Source of the DNA: Acidobacteriota bacterium | GTDB taxonomy: Bacteria; Acidobacteriota; Terriglobia; Bryobacterales; Bryobacteraceae | NCBI GenBank assembly: GCA_049325215.1 | Contig: JBMOMB010000045.1 | Coordinates: forward strand, 8,158 to 72,157 | Length of the DNA stretch: 64,000 nt | Reading direction: 5' to 3' | Shown here: one piece after another, positions 28,234-40,835 of the stretch | Layout: each line of letters opens with the position of its first letter | Position numbering within the stretch: position 1 is the first letter of the stretch | The notes under the pieces: generated by a model | Database searches by the model: none | Told to the model about the DNA's origin: nothing | Seen by the model: the letters and a program-made list of their open reading frames with translations, nothing else | Made by a program: the position numbers and the translations under genes

Positions 28234-29658
28234 ATGAGCCGCATCCTGATGGTCGCCTCCGAGGCGGTGCCGTTCGCCAAGTCGGGCGGTCTGGCCGATG
28301 TGGTGGGGGCTCTGCCGGCGGCCCTGGCGCGGCAGGGCGAGGAAGTGGCGGTCATCATGCCGCGTTACCGATCCATCCCATGGCATGAGACCGAGAGCGC
28401 CTTCGACAACATGGTGGTCTACGCCGGCGCAACGCCCTACCGCGTGGATCTCCGCACCAAAATGCACCGCGGCGTGCGCTTCTTCTTTGTCGAGGCGCCC
28501 TACTTTTTCGACCGCGAAGGGCTGTACAACGATCACGGCACGGATTACCTCGATAATCACAAGCGCTTCGCCGTGCTGGCGCTGGCGGCGCTGGGCGCGG
28601 CCCAGACGGTGTTCCCCTGCGACATCCTGCACTGCCACGACTGGCAGGCGGCCCTCGTGCCCGTCTACAAGATGGACCAGCAGCACTCGAACCCGCTGCT
28701 GAAAAACACGAGGACCATCCTCACGATCCACAACCTCGGCTATCAGGGGCGGTTCCACCGCACGCAGTTTCCGGAACTCGGGCTGAACTGGGGCTGGTTC
28801 ACTCCGGACAAGCTGGAATATTACGGCGACGTGAATTTCCTCAAGGGCGGCATGGTCACGGCGGATTGGCTCACCACGGTCAGCCCCACCTACGCGCGCG
28901 AGATTCAGACGCCGGAGGGCGGTTTCGGGCTCGACGGCGTTCTGCGCAGCCGGAGCGATGCGCTGACCGGAATCCTGAACGGGGTGGATTACGACGAATG
29001 GAATCCCGAGACCGATCCGTTCCTGGCCGCTCATTATTCGGCGCGGGATCTGTCCGGAAAGCGGATCTGCAAGAAGGCGCTGCTCGAGGAGTTCGGACTG
29101 GACGCGTCGAATCTCGACCGCCCGCTGATCGGCATTGTCAGCCGGTTTGCGCCGCAGAAGGGGTTCGACCTCATCGCGGGCATCAGGCACTTCTTCGAAG
29201 AGACGGATGCGCAACTGGTGGTCCTGGGCAGCGGCGAGCGGCGCTACGTGCATCTGTTCGAAGAGTGGCACCGCTGGAGGCCGGGCCAGATCGGCGTCTG
29301 GGTGGGTTACAACAATCCGCTGGCGCACCGCATTGAAGCCGGCGCGGACCTGTTCCTGATGCCGAGCCTGTATGAGCCGTGCGGGCTGAACCAGATCTAC
29401 AGCCTGCGGTACGGCACCGTCCCGGTGGTGCGCGCGGTCGGCGGCCTGGATGATACGATTCAGGATGACACGGGATTCAAGTTTCACGAGTACTCGGTCG
29501 GCGCGCTGTACGACACGCTGCGCGTCGCCGCGGGCGCCTACCGCAACCGGGACGCCTGGACGGAGCGCATGCGCCGCGGCATGGCTAAAGACTATTCGTG
29601 GGATGCGTCGGCGCGCCAGTATTCGGCGCTCTATGCGAAGCTGCTGGGGCGCGGCTGA
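28234..29658 (+). CDS. glgA: Glycogen synthase GlgA (ADP-glucose type, GT5)
   Basis: 474-aa ORF with the N-terminus [25 protein letters not shown] (KxGGL motif) and the C-terminal [19 protein letters not shown]. Confidence 0.95.
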   Translation: MSRILMVASEAVPFAKSGGLADVVGALPAALARQGEEVAVIMPRYRSIPWHETESAFDNMVVYAGATPYRVDLRTKMHRGVRFFFVEAPYFFDREGLYNDHGTDYLDNHKRFAVLALAALGAAQTVFPCDILHCHDWQAALVPVYKMDQQHSNPLLKNTRTILTIHNLGYQGRFHRTQFPELGLNWGWFTPDKLEYYGDVNFLKGGMVTADWLTTVSPTYAREIQTPEGGFGLDGVLRSRSDALTGILNGVDYDEWNPETDPFLAAHYSARDLSGKRICKKALLEEFGLDASNLDRPLIGIVSRFAPQKGFDLIAGIRHFFEETDAQLVVLGSGERRYVHLFEEWHRWRPGQIGVWVGYNNPLAHRIEAGADLFLMPSLYEPCGLNQIYSLRYGTVPVVRAVGGLDDTIQDDTGFKFHEYSVGALYDTLRVAAGAYRNRDAWTERMRRGMAKDYSWDASARQYSALYAKLLGRG

Positions 29659-29708
29659 ATCCCGCGCGATGGCTGAAACATCGAAATAGGTGGAGCAAAA
29701 ACAAACCA

Positions 29709-30041
29709 ATGGCCGGTCAAAACGTACTGGAGTTTACCGACGCGAATTTTGATGCCGAGGTCCTGAACAGCGACCTTCCCGTGCTTGTCGATTTCTGGGC
29801 CGAATGGTGCGCGCCCTGCCGCATGATCGCCCCGACCGTCGAGGCGATCGCCGGCGAATACGCCGGCCGCGTGAAGGTGGGCAAGGTCAACGTGGACTAC
29901 AACAGCCAGACCGCCGCCCGCTACATGATCCGCGGCATCCCGACGCTGCTGCTGTTCCGTGGCGGCAAGGTGGTGGACCAGCGGGTGGGCGCTGTCGGCA
30001 AGGCCGAGCTCCTCAAAATGATTGAGCCGCACCTGGGCTGA
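29709..30041 (+). CDS. trxA: Thioredoxin TrxA
   Basis: The track ORF 29598..30041 is trimmed to the ATG at 29709, because the extension overlaps the glgA end. The 110-aa product has [18 protein letters not shown] (WCxPC) and GIPTLLLF. Confidence 0.95.
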   Translation: MAGQNVLEFTDANFDAEVLNSDLPVLVDFWAEWCAPCRMIAPTVEAIAGEYAGRVKVGKVNVDYNSQTAARYMIRGIPTLLLFRGGKVVDQRVGAVGKAELLKMIEPHLG

Positions 30042-30065
30042 GCGTTCCTGTCCTGATCGATTGAC

Positions 30066-30092
30066 GGGCAGCCGCGCTCACGCCGGCTGCCC
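30066..30092. terminator. GC-rich hairpin between convergent trxA and the LysR gene (possible bidirectional terminator, no U tract)
   Basis: The stem GGGCAGCCG (30066..30074) pairs with CGGCTGCCC (30084..30092). It is located between stop codons at 30041 (+) and 30113 (-). No T or A run flanks it. Confidence 0.35.
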
Positions 30093-30112
30093 GCAGTGTC
30101 TCCGGACGCCGC

Positions 30113-30991
30113 TCAGGAGGCCTGCCGCAGCACATCCAGAAACGCCCGGGCGGCGGCCGTCAGCACTTTCTTCCGGCGTTGCAGGACGCCCAGCGGGCGG
30201 GTCAGCGGCTCTTCCAGCCGGATGGCCACCAGGCGGCCTTCCGCGACATCGGATGCCAGCATCGGCAGCGGCAGGATGGAAACGGCGGGCTCGATCCGCA
30301 GCGCCTCTTTCATGCTCTGGATGTTGTCGAAACGCAGAGGCACCTGCACGCGCACGCCGTGATCCCTGAGGAACCGCTCGATCTCCCGGCTGATCGGCAG
30401 ATCCTCGTCAAAGCCGATGAATGCTTCGCCGGACAGTTCCGCCACGCGGATCGACTTGCGGCGCGCAAAGCGGTGCCGCGGGTTGCAGGCTGCTACCATG
30501 GGCTCCTCGCGCCACGGCGTGGCGGTGATTTCGCGCGTTGAAGAAGGATAACTCACCAGGCCCAGATCCACGCGGTCTTCGGCCACCGCCTCATAGACCT
30601 TCTCCGGGCGCAGATAGCTGACTTCGATCCGCACGCCGGGCATGCGCCGCCGGAACTCTTCCTCCAGCCGGGTCATCTCGCTCAGCCCCACCGAATAGAT
30701 CGCGGCCACGCGCACCACGTTGTTGCGCTCCGATTTCAGCTCCTCCAGTTGCGCCATCAGGTCCTGCCTGCGGCGCAGCACCTCGCGCGCGAAGTCATAC
30801 AGCAACTGGCCCGCCGGCAGCACGTTCAGCGGGCGGCTGGAGCGGTCCAGCAACTGCACGCCCAGGCGCCGTTCCATCTCCTGCACCGCCTGGCTGGCGG
30901 CCGACTGCGTCAGCCCGTTCATCGCGGCGCCGCGGCTGATGCTGCGCGCGTGGGCGATGTCTTTGAACAACTGGAGCCACTCGAGATCCAT
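30113..30991 (-). CDS. LysR-family transcriptional regulator, divergent from gltBD (GltC-like by position)
   Basis: The track ORF is trimmed to the ATG at 30991 (MDLEWLQLFKDIAHARSISRGAAMNGLTQSAASQAVQEMERRLGVQLLDR, a LysR wHTH), followed by a LysR substrate-binding domain. Confidence 0.9.
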   Translation of the reverse strand: MDLEWLQLFKDIAHARSISRGAAMNGLTQSAASQAVQEMERRLGVQLLDRSSRPLNVLPAGQLLYDFAREVLRRRQDLMAQLEELKSERNNVVRVAAIYSVGLSEMTRLEEEFRRRMPGVRIEVSYLRPEKVYEAVAEDRVDLGLVSYPSSTREITATPWREEPMVAACNPRHRFARRKSIRVAELSGEAFIGFDEDLPISREIERFLRDHGVRVQVPLRFDNIQSMKEALRIEPAVSILPLPMLASDVAEGRLVAIRLEEPLTRPLGVLQRRKKVLTAAARAFLDVLRQAS

Positions 30992-31046
30992 GCCTTCACT
31001 ATTCCTAACATAAGCAGCCATGATAAGACAACTTGCACATTTCAAC

Positions 31047-31075
31047 TTGACTAATGTACAAGCCGGCTCTATACT
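31047..31075 (+). promoter_or_regulatory. Candidate sigma70-type promoter of gltBD: TTGACT-17 nt-TATACT
   Basis: TTGACT (31047..31052), an exact 17-nt spacer, and TATACT (31070..31075), ending 24 nt before the gltB ATG. This is a striking match in a GC-rich genome. Confidence 0.5.
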
Positions 31076-31099
31076 GAAGTATCTCCCCGGACGAGACCG

Positions 31100-35713
<4,614 letters not shown>

Positions 35714-35752
35714 GCGACGATCTTGCGAAGTTCATTTTCCGGGAGGTCTCTC

Positions 35753-37177
<1,425 letters not shown>

Positions 37178-37196
37178 ACGGGAAATTGCCCCGCAC

Positions 37197-37736
37197 TCAC
37201 GCCTCGCGCTTTGTGGAAAGACGCGCCTTCCTCCTGCCCTTACTGGCGGGCCCAGCCGATTTTTGTGGAGCTTCGGGCATCACGCGCAACAGCGGCAAGG
37301 GCGGCAGCATCAGTCCCATGCGCCAGGCTGTGTTGTGCACCAGCTCTCGCAGATAAGGCCAGCAGTGGAACAGGACGTTACCCTTGCGAAACGACGCGAG
37401 TTGCTCCTCTGAAGGTTCGAAATTTGGGGCTAAGGCGTAGATGGCCTCAAGGCAACAATCCAATTCGAAGAGCGTCAGCTCAGCTTCGCCAGTCAGCGTG
37501 GCGCTCATCTTCAGGGCCACATCGAAACGGGCAGTGTTCACCTTGATCTCGCTGCTGCGCGTCTCGTGCTGCAGGTCGAGCCGCAGCGCTCCGCTGGCCT
37601 TTTCGGGCAGATCCCCCGACCGGGCATGAAATTCTTTAAGGCGAATCGAGTCGAGAACCGAGTGCTGCTGGAATTCCGCCACAAGCTTCAGTTCCGACTC
37701 AGGCTGCTTCAGGAGGAAAGGATTCGTATCCGTCAT
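37197..37736 (-). CDS. SecB-like chaperone of a toxin-antitoxin-chaperone (TAC) module
   Basis: The track ORF 37197..37790 is trimmed to the ATG at 37736, which overlaps the antitoxin stop (ATGA). The 179-aa product has a beta-rich N-terminal part and a SecB-like core [30 protein letters not shown] (compare SecB ILFPYAREAI...GFP.L.L.P.NF). A basic C-terminal tail follows. Confidence 0.8.
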   Translation of the reverse strand: MTDTNPFLLKQPESELKLVAEFQQHSVLDSIRLKEFHARSGDLPEKASGALRLDLQHETRSSEIKVNTARFDVALKMSATLTGEAELTLFELDCCLEAIYALAPNFEPSEEQLASFRKGNVLFHCWPYLRELVHNTAWRMGLMLPPLPLLRVMPEAPQKSAGPASKGRRKARLSTKREA

Positions 37737-38263
37737 TGAATTCGACGCGGCAGAGCCCCGGGCCCAAGGTAAGCGGATACACTCTGCCATGAAAACCCCT
37801 GCTGCTGTGTGAGCGCTCCGCTATCGAGGACGATCGTCAATTTCTCGGGTTGCCGTAGCCCCAGACGGCTGCGGAGCGCATCGTAGTTCGCACGGGCGGC
37901 TTCCGGATCAGTCTTCAGCCGGATCAGGTCGCTGCTGCTCTTGTCGGGAAGGACGCCCGTCTCCCACCGCTTCACGCTGGCTTCGCCCACACCGAGGTAC
38001 TCAGCGAACTCCCTCTGGTTCATCCGCAGGCGGCGACGCGCCTCCCTGATCTCTTCTGTCGTCAGGATGCCCGCCAGCCGCCGGTAGATCTGATCCGTCA
38101 GTCGGCCATGCTCATCGGCCTGATCCAGCGGGATCGTTATGAACCCGCAGTGGCTGCACACATTCACTCTGTCCTCGACCTCAAACCGGATGCCACGGAT
38201 GTCATGTGGCACCCTGGTCAATTTCCGTTGCATGCGGCCCTTCCCGCATTCCACACATTTCAT
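37733..38263 (-). CDS. MqsA-like antitoxin (YgiT-type Zn ribbon + XRE HTH) with C-terminal extension
   Basis: 176-aa ORF. Two CxxC pairs (MKCVECGKG ... VCSHCGF) are followed by an HTH (LRMNQREFAEYLGVGEASVKRWETG). About 45 extra C-terminal residues follow (…[37 protein letters not shown]). Confidence 0.85.
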   Translation of the reverse strand: MKCVECGKGRMQRKLTRVPHDIRGIRFEVEDRVNVCSHCGFITIPLDQADEHGRLTDQIYRRLAGILTTEEIREARRRLRMNQREFAEYLGVGEASVKRWETGVLPDKSSSDLIRLKTDPEAARANYDALRSRLGLRQPEKLTIVLDSGALTQQQGFSWQSVSAYLGPGALPRRIQ

Positions 38264-38277
38264 GGCGCAGCTCTCTC

Positions 38278-38622
38278 TTAGTAGTCAGGCGGATGGAGGG
38301 AGTAGACCACCACCGTAGGTCGCCGCCCTTCCAGCCGGAACTTCAGGTAGACCCTCCGCCCAAAGTATGCGGACTCCCATACAAACGCATGCCCGGGAGG
38401 ATCCCACGGATCAAAGACCGGCTCTTTGTCGGCAAGCGCGATTTCTCCCGCTGCCGCGCGGACCGCTGCAGCGATATTCCCCATGGATAGATCCAGTTCG
38501 CGGGCACGATCATGCACCCGAGGATGGATCTGGATGCGGCCTGCTTGGGCTGCCTCACGAAAGTGCCGCAAAGCCAGCCGCGTGGAATCCGCATCCTGGT
38601 GCTTCTTGGGAGATCGGCTCAC
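38278..38622 (-). CDS. MqsR-like toxin (putative ribosome-independent mRNA interferase)
   Basis: 114-aa ORF with a GTG start and a GGGAGGG SD 6 nt upstream. By eye it is colinear with E. coli MqsR: STRLALRHFREAAQAGRIQI / HTRLSQVKKLVNAGQVRT, ARELDLS / ADELGLD, GRRVYLKFRL / GQVYLKITV, VVVYSLH / LIVSFKE. Toxin precedes antitoxin, as in mqsRA. Confidence 0.75.
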   Translation of the reverse strand: MSRSPKKHQDADSTRLALRHFREAAQAGRIQIHPRVHDRARELDLSMGNIAAAVRAAAGEIALADKEPVFDPWDPPGHAFVWESAYFGRRVYLKFRLEGRRPTVVVYSLHPPDY

Positions 38623-38635
38623 CGGCCGCCCTCCC

Positions 38636-38653
38636 TGGTATCATTTGATACCA
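38636..38653. promoter_or_regulatory. 8-2-8 perfect palindrome TGGTATCA-TT-TGATACCA, candidate antitoxin operator of the TAC operon
   Basis: This perfect inverted repeat directly abuts the toxin SD (38629..38635). A TTGACC (-35-like, 38671..38666 on the minus strand) lies just upstream. Confidence 0.5.
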
Positions 38654-38843
38654 AATCGCAGACACGGTCAAGCAGGACAAGTTGCAAGCTCTTCAAAAAA
38701 AAGGAAAAATAATTCTCCAAGCGCCTGTACGCTGTGATGCTTCTTTGTTGCGGTGGCATCGCTTCGGAACGCCTGGACAACTGGTTTCAGGATGATGCTA
38801 TCAGACCCTCGGCCAGCCCGCCTGCTCCCGACGCAACAGCGGT

Positions 38844-39812
38844 TCACTCCAGCAGGTGCGGGTACGCCGCCATCACGCGGTCGATCTCTTCCAGTTGCCC
38901 CGGCGAGAGATCCTCATCCGGATCCAGGCAGGCGCGCGTGGCCATGCGGCCCTGCCGCACCAGCACCTCGTGGATGCCCGCGATGCAGCCGTGGAATGCG
39001 TTCGCGGCGTCGAACAGCGCCGCGTTCAGGTCAGTGAGCTGCGCGCCCAGCGAGAGCAGCAGCGCCGGGTTCTGCCCCTCGTGCACGCGCCTCAGCAGCG
39101 AGACGGCGCTCTTCGTGCCCACCGCCCACTGGCCGAGCAGTCCGCCGCGGATGCGCACCGTCCTGCCCCCGAACTGGAACGGCGTCAGCAGGTCGGCGAC
39201 GATGTTGTCGTCGTTGCCGGTGTAGAGAGCGATGTCGCCGGCGCGGCTCGATTCAGCCACCGCGCGCACCACATCGAGAGTCTGATAGCGGTTGAACGGT
39301 GCGATCTTGATGGCGACCAGGCACTCCATCTCCGCCACGCGCCGCCAGAAAGCATACGGCAGCACACGCCCGCCGACTGCGGGTTGCAGGTAGAAGCCGA
39401 AGACGGGCAGCACGCGGCCGATCTCCGCAATGTGCGCCGCCAGTTCGTCGATGCCCGCCAGCTTCAGTGCGGCAAGCGAAACCAGCCCGCAGTGATATCC
39501 CAGCGAGCGGGCGAGTTCCGCCTCGCGCAGCGCCTGCTTTGCAGAGCCGCAGATGCCGGCTACCAGCACGGCGTCAGTCCCGTGCGCCTCTTCCGCAGCC
39601 GCGCGCAGCACAGGCTCCAGCAGACCGTGTTCCGGCGCGCGGATGGCGAATTGCGTTGTATGCACGCCCACGGCCAGCCCTCCCGCGCCTGACTCCAGGT
39701 AGTACCGCGTCAGCGCGCGCTGCCGCGCCTCGTCGAACTTCCGTTCCGCCGTCAGGCAGAGAGGGTGCGCAGGGATGACGAGCCCCTGCCTCAAACGGTC
39801 GAGCCAGGACAT
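38844..39812 (-). CDS. Dihydrodipicolinate synthase/N-acetylneuraminate lyase (DHDPS/NAL) family aldolase-like protein
   Basis: 322-aa ORF with a TIM-barrel class I aldolase-like pattern (GGLAVGVHTTQF, LVAIKIAP with a candidate Schiff-base Lys). It is the last gene of a three-gene operon, separated by a 3-nt gap. Confidence 0.75.
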   Translation of the reverse strand: MSWLDRLRQGLVIPAHPLCLTAERKFDEARQRALTRYYLESGAGGLAVGVHTTQFAIRAPEHGLLEPVLRAAAEEAHGTDAVLVAGICGSAKQALREAELARSLGYHCGLVSLAALKLAGIDELAAHIAEIGRVLPVFGFYLQPAVGGRVLPYAFWRRVAEMECLVAIKIAPFNRYQTLDVVRAVAESSRAGDIALYTGNDDNIVADLLTPFQFGGRTVRIRGGLLGQWAVGTKSAVSLLRRVHEGQNPALLLSLGAQLTDLNAALFDAANAFHGCIAGIHEVLVRQGRMATRACLDPDEDLSPGQLEEIDRVMAAYPHLLE

Positions 39813-39815
39813 GGG

Positions 39816-40835
39816 TCAGAACTTTCCTTCGCGCATTTCAAAATGTGTCGGCTTGCCGTGCGTGGAGCCGCCGCTGCGGATCCAGGCGGCGACCAGGTCG
39901 ATCAGGTCGTGCGCCTTCAGCGACGGCATTCCGAACAGGCGGTGGCAGAGGCTCGCGTTGTTCAGCAACGCAGTGGGGTGCTCGGCGCCCACGAAGCGGG
40001 GTTCGACGCCGAACCGCCTGCCGAACTCGCGGGCGATGTCGCGGACGCGCAGGGTCTCCGGTCCCGTGAGGTTCAGGATGAAAGGCGGAGACTCGGCGCG
40101 GTGCAGGGCGCGGAGAGCGACCGAGTTGGCGTCTCCCTGCCAGATGACGTTGACGTGGCCCATGTTCAGATCGACGGGCTGGCCGTCGCGCACCTTGAGG
40201 GCGATGTCGACCAGCACGCCGTAGCGCAGCTCGACGGCGTAGTTGAGCCGGAGCAACGAGACCGGCGTGCCGTAAGTGCGCGAGACGTAGTCGAACATCC
40301 GTTCCCGCCCGAGCACGGATTGCGCGTATTCACCAATGGGATCGGGCGGCGTCTGCTCGGTGGCGCCGCCGCTCGAAACGGGCACGAGCGGATAGACGTT
40401 GCCTGATGAGAAAGCGGCGATTCGGGACTCGCGCCAGCGGTGCGCAACAAGGCCGGGCAGATATGTATTGATGGCCCAGGTGAGCGATGGATTGCCGGTG
40501 GAGCCGAACTTGCGCGCCGCCATGAAGATGACGTTTGGCGCATCGGGGAGCCTGTCGAGCGCGCCCGGTTCCAGCAGGTCGCATTCGATCGTCTGGATGT
40601 TCCAGCTTTGCAGCCGCTCGCGGACCGCGGGGTCGGAGAAGCGGCTGACGGCGATCACGGCGGCGCTGTTGCCCGCCGCATCCAGGGCGCGCCGCGCGCG
40701 GTGCGCGAGCGACGGCCCCATCTTGCCCGCGGCGCCGAGAATCAGCAGCGGTCCTTCCAGCGGGCCCAGTGCGTCTATGTCCGCCGCCGATGGCGCGGAG
40801 AGCACGCTTTCCAGTTCAGCTTCCGTGGTGATCAT
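39816..40835 (-). CDS. NAD-dependent epimerase/dehydratase family protein
   Basis: 339-aa ORF with a Rossmann motif LLILGAAGKMGPSLA and an extended-SDR layout. It overlaps the heparinase gene by 4 nt. Confidence 0.85.
   Translation of the reverse strand: MITTEAELESVLSAPSAADIDALGPLEGPLLILGAAGKMGPSLAHRARRALDAAGNSAAVIAVSRFSDPAVRERLQSWNIQTIECDLLEPGALDRLPDAPNVIFMAARKFGSTGNPSLTWAINTYLPGLVAHRWRESRIAAFSSGNVYPLVPVSSGGATEQTPPDPIGEYAQSVLGRERMFDYVSRTYGTPVSLLRLNYAVELRYGVLVDIALKVRDGQPVDLNMGHVNVIWQGDANSVALRALHRAESPPFILNLTGPETLRVRDIAREFGRRFGVEPRFVGAEHPTALLNNASLCHRLFGMPSLKAHDLIDLVAAWIRSGGSTHGKPTHFEMREGKF

Noticed and set aside
28165-29709. 514-aa ORF antisense to glgA
   Set aside because: glgA on the plus strand has the KxGGL and C-terminal GT5 motifs. 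The antisense product is low-complexity.
38619-38759. 46-codon minus-strand ORF (MPPQQRSITAYRRLENYFSFFLKSLQLVLLDRVCDLVSNDTREGGR) whose TGA overlaps the toxin GTG start (GTGA)
   Set aside because: The overlap is tempting as a leader peptide, but the ORF has no SD and AT-rich third positions. It also runs straight through the A/T tract, the -35-like element and the palindromic operator. It is more likely non-coding promoter DNA. Ribosome profiling would be needed to revive the idea.
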